Shown here: piece after piece, positions 50,413 to 59,984 of the stretch
Layout: each line of letters begins with the position of its first letter
Numbering within the stretch: the stretch's first letter is position 1
Assembly: GCA_965206025.1 (NCBI GenBank)
Contig: CBDBIU010000004.1
Coordinates: 1,543,342-1,607,341 of the forward strand
Reading direction: 5' to 3'
DNA from: Bryobacterales bacterium
Lineage (GTDB): Bacteria > Acidobacteriota > Terriglobia > Bryobacterales > UBA6623
DNA length: 64,000 nt
The notes under the pieces: model-generated
What the model saw: only the letters and a program-made list of their open reading frames with translations
Databases searched by the model: none
What the model was told of the DNA's origin: nothing
Translations under genes and position numbers: made by a program

Positions 50413-51983
50413 AGTCTTGTCTCATGCAAGATGAGTCTGAACGAGGAGTTTGTTTCTCACACAAGATGAGCCTGAAGGATCGGGGAGTGGGCATGCTGGG
50501 AATTGACTATCCAAGTGCAAAACACCAGCAAGCTGAACCTGCAACAGATCCAGCAGTTTCTCCACTCCAGCGAGGAGATTCGATTCAAAGGCAAAGGGCG
50601 GGCCGAGATCTACACGTGGGTGGCGCGCACGCTTCGCCAGCACGGCTACAGCCGCCAAAACCGCGCCGACAAAGGGCTGCTGCGGCAGTATCTGGTCAAG
50701 ATGACCGGACTGAGCCGGGCGCAAATCACGCGGCTGATCCAGCAGTACCGGCAGGGCGGAGAACTCCAACCCGCCCGCTACCGGCGGCATCGCTTTGCCC
50801 GCAAGTACACGCCCGCCGACGTCGAACTGCTGGCGGCGGTGGACGAGGCCCACGAAACCCTCAGCGGCCCGGCCACGCGCAAGATCCTCGAGCGGGAATA
50901 CCAGCAGTACCAGCAGCGCGAATACGAGCGGCTGGCGGGGATCTCGGTGGCCCAGATCTATCGCCTGCGGCGGCGCAGAGCCTACCGCCAGCGGCGGCTG
51001 CATTTCACCAAGACCCGGCCCACGGCGGTGTCGATCGGCGAGCGGCGCCGGCCCGACCCGCAAGGCCAACCCGGCTTTCTGCGAGTGGATACGGTGCATC
51101 AAGGGGATCGCGATGGCGTCAAGGGCGTCTACCACATCAATGCCGTGGATGAAGTCACCCAGTGGCAAGTGGTCGGCGCCACGCCCGCGATCAGTGAAGC
51201 CTGGCTGGAGCCGTTGCTGAAAGCCATGATCGAGCAGTTTCCCTTTCGTATCCGCGGCTTCCATTCCGACAACGGCAGCGAGTTCCTCAATCGCACGGTG
51301 GAGAAGCTATTGAACAAGCTGCTGATCGAACAGACCAAGTCGCGTCCGCGGCACTCCAACGACAACGGCTTGGTGGAATCGAAAAACGGCGCGGTGATCC
51401 GCAAACACATGGGATATACGTACATCGCGGCGCCGCACGCGGGGCGCATCCAGCGCTTCTACCAACAGCACTTCAATCCCTATTTGAACTTCCACCGGCC
51501 CTGCGGACAGCCCGAGATCAAGACCGACGCCAAAGGCAAGCAGAAGCGGGTGTACCGCCACTACCAGACGCCTTGGGAATCTTTCGAGAAGTTGCCCGAG
51601 GCCGCCAGCTATCTCAAGCCAGGGCAGAGGCTGGAGGCTCTGGGCCGCATTGCCCAGGCCGAAAGCGACACGGCGGCGGCCCGCCGGATGCAGCGAGCCA
51701 AGCAGAAGCTGTTTGCCAGTTTCCGTTCCGCGAACACGCCGTGCTGAACAGCAGGAAGAGGGCTGTGGAAATGACGGGCGATGGAAAACGAGGAAAACCA
51801 AAACCAGGTTTCCCTTCGTTTCCCACCGCCCTTGGAAATCGCTCCGCGATTCCCACAATCCCACAACCCCGACGACGATTCTCCCCTTCCCAAAACTCAA
51901 AATCAAAAAGCCCGAAAGGAGCCCCAGCGACTCAAAAAGCCCCAACCCCCGTCTTCAGGCTCATCCTTCGATGAGAAAATGCT
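50413..51983 (+). mobile_element. 1571-bp IS with rve-type integrase/transposase (IS481-like or unclassified), copy 1
   Basis: TIRs AGTCTTGTCTCATGCAAGATGAGTCTGAA vs AGCATTTTCTCATCGAAGGATGAGCCTGAA; 5-bp TSD CATCT. Confidence 0.95.
50503..51747 (+). CDS. DDE integrase-core transposase
   Basis: RVDTVHQG, HSDNGSEF, SRP.HSNDNGLVESKNG; protein identical to 60075..61319. Confidence 0.92.
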   Translation: MTIQVQNTSKLNLQQIQQFLHSSEEIRFKGKGRAEIYTWVARTLRQHGYSRQNRADKGLLRQYLVKMTGLSRAQITRLIQQYRQGGELQPARYRRHRFARKYTPADVELLAAVDEAHETLSGPATRKILEREYQQYQQREYERLAGISVAQIYRLRRRRAYRQRRLHFTKTRPTAVSIGERRRPDPQGQPGFLRVDTVHQGDRDGVKGVYHINAVDEVTQWQVVGATPAISEAWLEPLLKAMIEQFPFRIRGFHSDNGSEFLNRTVEKLLNKLLIEQTKSRPRHSNDNGLVESKNGAVIRKHMGYTYIAAPHAGRIQRFYQQHFNPYLNFHRPCGQPEIKTDAKGKQKRVYRHYQTPWESFEKLPEAASYLKPGQRLEALGRIAQAESDTAAARRMQRAKQKLFASFRSANTPC

Positions 51984-52158
51984 CATCTATTTCGGCTCCC
52001 AAAGCCCGTTTGTCATATGACCATCGCGCTAAAATTACCGCTAGGCCGACCAGGGTCTAAGTATATGGAAAACAGTAATGTTGCTGCCACTTCTGTCCAT
52101 TTGTCCTTACTGTTGAGAGAAATTTTGTTTGCATTTCTTGTTGTACATATAGCAACGT

Positions 52159-52315
52159 TTAGGGCGCATTTCTCACGACAAGACAGTGGGGGCGGGACGC
52201 TGCGCTTGCCCAGAGAGGTTCTCACGGGGGTTGGGCATCTCACGAATGAGCGGACACAGCGGTCCGCCTCTACAAACAAAGCCCGTTCAACGCCGGCCGT
52301 CCCAACGCTGGTGAG
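52159..52315. mobile_element. MITE family B, copy 2 (degenerate, right TIR truncated)
   Basis: TTAGGGCGCATTTCTCACGAC...GTGGGGGCGGG...CCAGAGAGGTTCTC...GCGGACAC.GCGGTCCGCC.CTACAAAC aligns to 46375-46570. Confidence 0.7.
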
Positions 52316-52466
52316 CGCGTTGCGGCTTGCGGCAGTCCCCCCCCACCTCTCGTGGATTAGGAAAATGATAGAGTACGGCTGAACCTGCGAAATCGCCGGC
52401 CCGCGGGCGGTATATTGGGGCTCTAGCGAAAGAAGTAGCGACCCGCGTTCGGCGCCCGACCGGGAA

Positions 52467-52555
52467 AGTACGTTGAGCACGGCGAGCAAGCGCAACGCAG
52501 TAATGGCGGGCCTATTGCGTGCTTCGACCGTCAGGTGGTGAGAAATGCGGGCTAG
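52467..52555. mobile_element. MITE family A, copy 5 (right half)
   Basis: AGTACGTTGAGCACGGCGAGCAAGCGC...GTGGTGAGAAATGCGGGCTAG. Confidence 0.8.
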
Positions 52556-54296
52556 ACGTTCTGGTGAAAACAGGACCCCGGCAAACGCTTGCCGCCGCCG
52601 CATACCCTTTTCCGCTCTCCCATGGGTTGCCGCTACTACTCTGATAGCCGCCGTGTTGCCGGCTCCAGTAAGCAGTTGGCTTGCTTTCGAGGACGTGGGC
52701 CCTGAAGCCGGTTTTACCACGGAAATCGTCTACGGGGGCGTCGAGCGGCAGAAGTATATTCTGGAAACATCGGGGACAGGCGTTGGCATCTTCGACTATG
52801 ACCGCGACGGCCAACCCGATGTTTTCCTGGTGAACGGAACGCGGCTGGAGCTGTCGCGGGAACAGGCGCCCGGCAATCGTTTGTATCGGAATCTCGGAGA
52901 CTGGAAGTTCGAGGATGTGACCGAGGATGCCGGCCTCCATCGCTCCGGGTGGGGCCAGGCCGCTTGTGTAGGTGATTTCGATAACGACGGATGGACCGAC
53001 CTGAATGTGACCTCTTTCGGAGGAAACAACCTCTACCGCAACCGGGGAGACGGAACGTTCGTCGACGTCTCAAACAAGGCGGGCGTCCAAACCACTGGCC
53101 GGTGGAACGCCGGGTGCACCTTCCTCGACTTCGACAAAGACGGACATCTGGATCTGTTCATCGCCAATTACGTGGATCACGACGACGCCACCCGCTTTCA
53201 ACCCGGCTCCGGCCCGAACTGTAAATGGCGCGACATGTCCGTCATGTGCGGCCCGATGGGGCTGAAGGCGTCGCGGAATATCCTCTACCGCGGAAACGGC
53301 GACGGCACGTTCACGGATGTTTCGACGGCGAGCGGCATCACCGAGACCGAGGGTTTTTACTGCTTTATGCCCGCCACCTTGGACTTTGACGGCGACGGTT
53401 GGACGGACATCTACGTGGCTTGTGATTCATCTCCTAATATCCTGTATCGCAACAATGGCGACGGCAGCTTCACCGACGTCGCCATGGAATCGGGAGCGGC
53501 CTACAACGAAAACGGCCAAGAGCAGGCCGGCATGGGAGTCGGCATTGGCGACTACGATCGCGATGGCAGGCTTGATCTCCTGGTGACGAACTTTTCCGAA
53601 GACACCCCAACGCTCTACCGAAATATCGGAGACGGCGAGTTTACCGACGAGACATTCTCGGCCAAGCTGGGCTACAAAACCCAGTACCTGAGCTGGGGCG
53701 CGGGCCTCGTGGACTTAGATAACGACGGCTGGAAGGACATCTTCATCGCCAGCGGCCACGTCTATCCCGAAGTCGATCGCCATCCCTCGGCCACAACCTA
53801 CCGTCAGGCGAAGCAGGTCTACCGCAATCGGGGCAATGGCTCGTTCGAAGATCTCTCCGCGCGAACGGGGGCCGCGATCGCAGCCGAGAAGGCGAGCCGG
53901 GGAGCGGCCTTTGAAGACCTGGACGGCGATGGAGATCTAGACATCGTCGTCGCAAACCTCAATGATCTTCCCTCAGTGCTTCGTAATGAGGGGGGTGAAA
54001 GAAACAATTGGCTGATGCTCCGCCTGGAAGGGGCCGAGTCGAACCGCGGCGCCATCGGCGCGCGCATCGAGGTAACGGCCGACGGGCTGACGCAGACGGA
54101 TGAGGTGCGCAGCGCGTCGAGCTATTACTCCACGAACGGCTTGCGAGTACATTTCGGCCTGGGCAAGGAAATGGAAGCGGAGAGTATTGAAGTACACTGG
54201 CCGAGCGGCGCGCACCAGAGATTCGAAAAGGTCAGAGGCAATCGGGTTGTCCTCATTCACGAGAAGGAAGGAATCGTGAGCGATCCCCACGAGTGA
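52545..54296 (+). CDS. FG-GAP/ASPIC-UnbV (CRTAC1-like) protein #3
   Basis: YILETSG.GV..FDYD.DG, AGMGV..GDYD.DG, SRGAAF.D.DGDGD.D, NRGAIGAR, SSY.S....VHFGLG. Confidence 0.92.
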   Translation: MRARRSGENRTPANACRRRIPFSALPWVAATTLIAAVLPAPVSSWLAFEDVGPEAGFTTEIVYGGVERQKYILETSGTGVGIFDYDRDGQPDVFLVNGTRLELSREQAPGNRLYRNLGDWKFEDVTEDAGLHRSGWGQAACVGDFDNDGWTDLNVTSFGGNNLYRNRGDGTFVDVSNKAGVQTTGRWNAGCTFLDFDKDGHLDLFIANYVDHDDATRFQPGSGPNCKWRDMSVMCGPMGLKASRNILYRGNGDGTFTDVSTASGITETEGFYCFMPATLDFDGDGWTDIYVACDSSPNILYRNNGDGSFTDVAMESGAAYNENGQEQAGMGVGIGDYDRDGRLDLLVTNFSEDTPTLYRNIGDGEFTDETFSAKLGYKTQYLSWGAGLVDLDNDGWKDIFIASGHVYPEVDRHPSATTYRQAKQVYRNRGNGSFEDLSARTGAAIAAEKASRGAAFEDLDGDGDLDIVVANLNDLPSVLRNEGGERNNWLMLRLEGAESNRGAIGARIEVTADGLTQTDEVRSASSYYSTNGLRVHFGLGKEMEAESIEVHWPSGAHQRFEKVRGNRVVLIHEKEGIVSDPHE

Positions 54297-54300
54297 CGCC

Positions 54301-55737
54301 GTGAAGTATCATTCACGGGGACTCCCGGCGCGGCCCAGAATGAAGTTTGCCGTGCTAGCCAACAAGTTCAGGTCGCCGAAACGATCAGCTTGGTGGCTCG
54401 TATTTGCCTGTCTTGTTCTGATTTCCACGCGCTCTGCGTTTGGGCAGGCCGAACAATTTCGGAGGGCGATCGAGCTCCTCGAAGGGGGCCGGGACGACGA
54501 AGCCCGTGAGCTGCTGAACGAGGCGGTTCGGCGGCATCCGAATGCTGAGCCTTTTCATGCTCTGCTGGGGCAAATCGCATTCACGCGAAACGACTACGCC
54601 CAAGCCGCGGAGCATTTCCAGCAGTCGCAAGGTTACTTGGCTCAGAACCCGCTCTTGAACCTGAACTACGCCGAAGCTCTTCTGAAGACGAAATCAGTTG
54701 AAGGGGCCAGACGGATATTCGAAAGCTTCCCCGGTGACGATGCGAATCTTCAGTTCGAGTCAGGCCTGCTGCTGGCGCAGGCCGGCCGGTACGCCGACGC
54801 GGAGAGACATTTTGTACTTGCCAAATCGGGCTACCCGAAACCCGACGTAGTAGCCTACAATCTCGCGCTGGTGCAGTACCGGGCTCGAAAACCCGCGGCG
54901 TCCGTCGCTACTTTAGAGGAGGCGCGACGGCACGGTCTCAACAGCGGAGACATGCTGAACCTATTGGGGGAAGCTTACCTGGAGTCGGGACAGTCCCAGA
55001 AGGCCCTCGGCGTGTTGAAGGAGGCTATCGACCTCCATCCCCGGGATGAGCGAAACTATCTTGTGGTCGCCAGGCTCTCCATTGGCGAGGATTTAGCCGC
55101 GATCGGAATGAAACTGCTCGATCAGGGGTTGCTCCACCTGCCGAAATCGCCTCCCTTATTGTTGCAGCGCGGTTATTTGAGACTCTCACAGGGTCTCTAC
55201 AAACAGGCAGAGGAGGACTATCGCGCCGCGATGGAGGTTCAGCCTGAGTCCTATTCGGCGAAGATAGGTCTGGCGTTTGTGTTCTTCCAGAGCCAACGTC
55301 AGAGGGAAGCCACCGAATTGTTGGAGCAGGTGATTAAATCTCATGCCTCCAATTTCTTTCCCTACTATCTTCTGGGCGAGTTGCGCATTCGCGAGGGCCT
55401 CACCGAGGAGGCACTGAAATATACGAAACAGGCGGCAGCTTTAGAGGACGGATTCGCGGCCGTCCATACGAATCTCGGAAAGCTGTACATCAAGAAAAAG
55501 GAGTACCCTTCGGCCATCCGAGAGCTTCAGCGGGCTACGGAGTTGGACCCGGAAGATACACCGGCCCACTACCAGCTTTCGATTGCCTATCGAAGAGCCG
55601 GGGAGAAAGAAAAGTCGCGCCAGGCGCTGGCGGAAGTCCGTCGCCTCAACAAACAGCAGAGGAAGCTGGGGACGACACGATTTCTGGCTCAGAAGCTGCG
55701 AAAAGTCCGTACTGAGGCTCTCCGACAGCCCCGTTGA
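54301..55737 (+). CDS. Secreted TPR-repeat protein
   Basis: Signal-like N-terminus, multiple TPR-like helical repeats, AHYQL..AYRR.G C-terminus. Confidence 0.85.
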   Translation: MKYHSRGLPARPRMKFAVLANKFRSPKRSAWWLVFACLVLISTRSAFGQAEQFRRAIELLEGGRDDEARELLNEAVRRHPNAEPFHALLGQIAFTRNDYAQAAEHFQQSQGYLAQNPLLNLNYAEALLKTKSVEGARRIFESFPGDDANLQFESGLLLAQAGRYADAERHFVLAKSGYPKPDVVAYNLALVQYRARKPAASVATLEEARRHGLNSGDMLNLLGEAYLESGQSQKALGVLKEAIDLHPRDERNYLVVARLSIGEDLAAIGMKLLDQGLLHLPKSPPLLLQRGYLRLSQGLYKQAEEDYRAAMEVQPESYSAKIGLAFVFFQSQRQREATELLEQVIKSHASNFFPYYLLGELRIREGLTEEALKYTKQAAALEDGFAAVHTNLGKLYIKKKEYPSAIRELQRATELDPEDTPAHYQLSIAYRRAGEKEKSRQALAEVRRLNKQQRKLGTTRFLAQKLRKVRTEALRQPR

Positions 55738-55887
55738 GCCGGCATTCCCTTGCCGGCCTGGCGTCTCAGTCAGAAGAGGGTCTCCAAGGACCTGCGACCT
55801 CGGTCATGGCGCCCCGGTCGTTGCGGGGGTTTGGGCCCGTCACTGGCGTTCCAGGCTCAGCTTCCTGCTCACGCACAGCCTTGCGAC

Positions 55888-55922
55888 GAGCGAAGCTGAG
55901 CCGCGAGCGCAAGCGAGCGGTC
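55888..55922. repeat. REP-like palindrome (same family as 608-643 and 13816)
   Basis: GAGCGAAGCTGAGCCGCGAGCGCAAGCGAGCGGTC. Confidence 0.6.
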
Positions 55923-56056
55923 ACGAGGCCCAAGCCCAGCCCAAGGCCCACCGAAGCGGATGAAAACCGGCGGTTTTTTACCGAGCCGGTCGGAAAAGGA
56001 AGGGTGGCGCGGGTCCCTAACGATCGTGTGGTTCGAACAGCCACGAAACGTTGCGA

Positions 56057-56533
56057 TCAGGGTCGCTGCTCGAGGATAGCAGCCCGCAGGTTGGAGGCGA
56101 AGTCTTCCAGTACTTGGCGGACCTGTCCCGCTATGAGGTGGTTGTTCATAGTTGCGAGAAGACCGGCTAAGGTGAACGTCCCGTTGATCGCAACCTCGGT
56201 CTGCCGGTCCGCGTTCCGCCGCAGGGTAAGAGAAATGGCCTGGTTTACCCGGCTCCTCAGCCGGCGATCGTCTCCCGACATCTCCACGCGGAGGTACTCC
56301 GGCGGTCTGGTTTCGACTACCGCTATATCGATCTCGATTCCGATCGCGAAGGGACCCATCGCTCGCCGGACGAGGGCTTTATAAGTCTTCCCCTCTTCCA
56401 CGGTATCCACTTGCTCGCAACCCGGAATGCAACGTGCGACGGCCTTGACATCCCAGATGAATGACCACACCTGCTCAGGCTCGGCTTCCACACTGAAGGC
56501 GTGCTCGATTTCCTGTGTGACCTCTCTTGTCAA
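56057..56533 (-). CDS. CoxG/SRPBCC-family protein
   Basis: F.V.A.PE.VW.F..D...VARCIPG. Confidence 0.8.
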   Translation of the reverse strand: MTREVTQEIEHAFSVEAEPEQVWSFIWDVKAVARCIPGCEQVDTVEEGKTYKALVRRAMGPFAIGIEIDIAVVETRPPEYLRVEMSGDDRRLRSRVNQAISLTLRRNADRQTEVAINGTFTLAGLLATMNNHLIAGQVRQVLEDFASNLRAAILEQRP

Positions 56534-56625
56534 CTTGGTGTACCGGCGTGCGCTGATTTCAACAGGCCCCGGGAACAGGCAGCCACACGGAATATTTCGA
56601 CGGAGCGTCTACGCGCGGCCGTGTC

Positions 56626-58587
56626 TCACGCGGTTTCCAGCGCTCTGAGACGTATCAGCTCCGCCGCCTCGGCAGCTTCGTGCGAAGCCGAGTAGACCTC
56701 GCGCGGCTCGACGGAATCACCGATGTTATAGGCTTCCAGGTCGGGAAGCTCCGCTGCGATCTGTTCGTAGAGCGCATTGTTGGCGGTCCGCCCGCCAATC
56801 ACCGCGCTGCCGACGCCGTCGAGCCGTTCGAAAACGCCCTGCTTTTGAAGCAGCACGTAGCCTTCTCCAATCTCTTCCACCGTCGTTTCCGGGCGCAAGT
56901 GGACCGTCGGGAGAGCCTCCAGAGCCATCATCAGCAAATCCTTCCCGGGCGACATCTTGTCTTGGGAGAATGCCGCGGCGGGATTCACCACGTGGACTTC
57001 GGCTCCGCGACCGGCGATGTAGAGAGCCAGGAAGCAGCTTTCCGAATCGCCGCCGGCGATGATCACGCGGTCCTCCCAGTCCTCGTCGGGACGGTCCATC
57101 GAAGAGAAGAGGTTGAATAATCGCGGGGCGCCTTTCAGCGGCCAAAAATTGATCCCCGCGATGGCTCCGGTGGCGACAACAACAGCATCGGGACCAAACT
57201 CGCTCACGGTACTCAGATCCACCTTCGTGTTCAGATGAACGTCCACCTTCAACTTGGTCATCTGCCCCCGGAGATAGGTGACCAGGTAGCCATAATCCTC
57301 GGCGACACGGGCCGAGTAGCGCATCTGACCGCCGAGTTCTTCCGCGGCTTCAAACAGGCTGACGTGATTCCCCTGTCGGGCGAGAATTCTCGCCGCCTGC
57401 ATGCCCGCGGGGCCGCCGCCGATCACCATGACTTTACGCGGCCGCGCCACGGGACGAATTCGCCGTGTTCTCTCGTAGGTCGTATGGGGGTTGACGGCAC
57501 AGGCAGCCGCAACATCGGCCTCGAGCAGGTTCGTACAGTGGTGGCAGGCGATGCATGGCAGGATGTCCTCCGCGCGCCCCTCGGCGACCTTGCGGATGTA
57601 GTGCGGATCGGCGTGGAACGCCCGCGTCAGCGAAATGAAATCCAGCCCTTCGCGCCGCATCACTTCGTTGGCATACGCGGGGTCGTTCAGCCGCTGAGCG
57701 ACGCTTACCGGAACTTTGTCGCCAACCGCCTTCTTGATGATCGAAGCATTGCGCACAAAACCGCCTTTGGGCGCTTCCGGCCCCTGGATGATCATCTGAA
57801 AACTCTCATAGATTCCGCCGGAGACATCGACAAGATCAATGCCTGCCTCGGCCAGCATCTTCGAGAACTCGGCTGTGTTCTCGACCGTCAATCCGCCGTC
57901 TACGTACTCTTCCGCGGACATCCGATAGCCGATCGGAAAGTCAGGTCCGACCACGTTCCGCACTGCGTCGAGCACCTCTAGGGCGAAGCGGGCGCGATTT
58001 TCCGGGCTTCCCCCGTACTCGTCGGTTCGCTTGTTGCTGAAAGGCGACAGGAAAGCACACAGCAAATACCCGTGGGCGCCGTGGAGGTGGATCATGTCCA
58101 ACCCGGCTTCCTTGATGCGCCGGGCCGCGTCGGCGAATTTCCCGATCACCTCCTGAATGTCCTCGTGGGTCATTTCGCGCGGCGTGGGCGCCGGACTGAG
58201 AATCTCGCACTTGAACGCCGATGGGCCGATCGGCTGGCGCTGCGACATGTACGCAGGCGTCTGCCGTCCTCCCATGTAAATCTCGAGGGCCACCTTGGCG
58301 CCCTCGGCATGCACCGCCTTGCCCAGCCGTTCGAGGGCGGGAATCACGTGGTCGCCGTGGCAGCCGACCTGATAGATGTGCCCGATGCCCCGCGTGTCGA
58401 CGTAGGTCGACTCAACCATTAGCAGGCTCGCGCCACCCCGCGCTCGCTCGGTCAGGTAGTCGATATAGCGTTGGCTGAGGCTCCCATCCCGGTTGGCCAT
58501 GCCCTTCTCCATGGGCCCGGTGATGAGGCGGTTGCGCAGCCCCATCGCGTTTATGCGGCCTTCCCGTAGCAGCAGATCGAATGCCAT
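56626..58587 (-). CDS. NADH:flavin oxidoreductase (OYE-like TIM barrel + 4Fe-4S + FAD domain)
   Basis: LRNRL..GPM, HGAHGYL, N.RTDEYGGS.ENR, CIACHHC...C.VNP, VIGGGPAGM; ATG 58587 with a GAGGAG RBS. Confidence 0.92.
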   Translation of the reverse strand: MAFDLLLREGRINAMGLRNRLITGPMEKGMANRDGSLSQRYIDYLTERARGGASLLMVESTYVDTRGIGHIYQVGCHGDHVIPALERLGKAVHAEGAKVALEIYMGGRQTPAYMSQRQPIGPSAFKCEILSPAPTPREMTHEDIQEVIGKFADAARRIKEAGLDMIHLHGAHGYLLCAFLSPFSNKRTDEYGGSPENRARFALEVLDAVRNVVGPDFPIGYRMSAEEYVDGGLTVENTAEFSKMLAEAGIDLVDVSGGIYESFQMIIQGPEAPKGGFVRNASIIKKAVGDKVPVSVAQRLNDPAYANEVMRREGLDFISLTRAFHADPHYIRKVAEGRAEDILPCIACHHCTNLLEADVAAACAVNPHTTYERTRRIRPVARPRKVMVIGGGPAGMQAARILARQGNHVSLFEAAEELGGQMRYSARVAEDYGYLVTYLRGQMTKLKVDVHLNTKVDLSTVSEFGPDAVVVATGAIAGINFWPLKGAPRLFNLFSSMDRPDEDWEDRVIIAGGDSESCFLALYIAGRGAEVHVVNPAAAFSQDKMSPGKDLLMMALEALPTVHLRPETTVEEIGEGYVLLQKQGVFERLDGVGSAVIGGRTANNALYEQIAAELPDLEAYNIGDSVEPREVYSASHEAAEAAELIRLRALETA

Positions 58588-58952
58588 AGCAGTCGTCTCC
58601 TCTCTCCTAGTCGCTTCCCTCAATCCCACAGAACATGGTCCTATGACAATACGGCGCAAACATGAAATCCCCGAACAATCCTACAACAAAAAGCCCACCG
58701 GTCTGCGTACGGAGCCCTTTCCTGCAAGATGAACCTGGTTGCGACCGGAGGGTCAGGCCGAGTCGTTCATTCGCCTGGGAACGTCCACGAAACGGCTGCG
58801 GCGACCGGCATCCCGCTGTTGTGGGCGACAATTACTTGGGCATGGCCCTCCTGTTGCCCTTGCCTCGACAACATTTGTCGAACAGGATCACCGTTGCTGC
58901 GACCCTCTCGTGGTTGCGTCGGGCCGATAGGTGAACGCTACGCCGTTTAGTG

Positions 58953-59090
58953 AGGATCTACGTCGTATAACTGACGTTGGTCCTGTCGGGAGCCCGACGA
59001 TTTTGGAGGCCAGGCGTCGCGAACAGCGCCAGCGCAGATCGTCAATCGCCCTTGTACCGCGCGCTGCAGCTGAGTGGCAGGCTGTTAGGC
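58953..59090 (+). other. Second intI 5'-region remnant joined to an attC-like 3' half
   Basis: 58953-59020 aligns at roughly three-quarters identity (by eye) with 34809-34875; ends in GCAGCTGAG-TGGCAGGCT-GTTAGGC (L'/R' boxes) 19 nt before the NYN ATG. Confidence 0.6.
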
Positions 59091-59109
59091 AGAATGAAGG
59101 AGAATAATT

Positions 59110-59734
59110 ATGCCGGATGATAGCAAACGCCTTTGGTTGATTGATGCCGGATATTTCTTCAACGCGCAGCGAACGGTTGGTGAAGAATACCATTTTGACT
59201 ACCGCAAACTGCGTACTAAACTCGATGGGACCAGGAGCATCTGGCGCACATGTTACCTCAATTCCACACCGAATCCTCCGTTAGATGCACAGAACCAATT
59301 CCACAGTTGGCTGCGCTCCGGTCCTCCTCGGGGTCCAAAGATCATCACGCAACTTCACGAACTCAAGTCGCGTCCGGGCTGACCATGCCTACTGCGAAGA
59401 GTGTGAAAAGAAAGTCAAGCTGTGCTGTCCGAACGGCAATCACCATCACATCATGAACCAACAGCAGAAGGGTGTTGATGTGGGAATTGCGACGCTCGCG
59501 CTTATCCATCGGAAGAAGTACGATACTTTGCTGCTTTCGTCGGGAGATGGTGATCTCTTAGACGCAATCGAGTTCTTATCGGAGCTTGGCAACCGAATTG
59601 AACTGCTGGTGTTCAAATATGGCGTGTCAACCGATCTTCAGTCCAGAGCAGACGAGATTCTCTGGGTCGACGATTTTGCCGAGGAAGTCAGACGAGACGA
59701 GCAGGAGACTGCGCGACCGTTCACTGGAGCTTAG
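59110..59734 (+). pseudogene. NYN (LabA/DUF88) ribonuclease, frameshifted near 59360-59382
   Basis: LIDAGY in frame 1; QKGVDV and SGDGDL in frame 2; Cys-rich insert CEEC...CCPNG.HHH. Confidence 0.85.
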
Positions 59735-59984
59735 GGGCCCACCGAAGCTCAGCCGTGTCTTGGACGGTTGAGTGACCCTTGGGCCGACGCTATGCTGCAG
59801 ACGACCCGCGCCTTTCAGGACTTTGCGGAGTGCCGCTTAAGCTCGGCGATCACGGCTGTCGTCGACACTATCAAGCGGAATCAACTGCTTCTCATTGATG
59901 CGGCAGCCGCCCTCGCTCCGCTGGTGAATACTGGCTTCGAGCTCGCCGCACTCTCACATCCTAAACCTCCGTCACTCAATTCAC

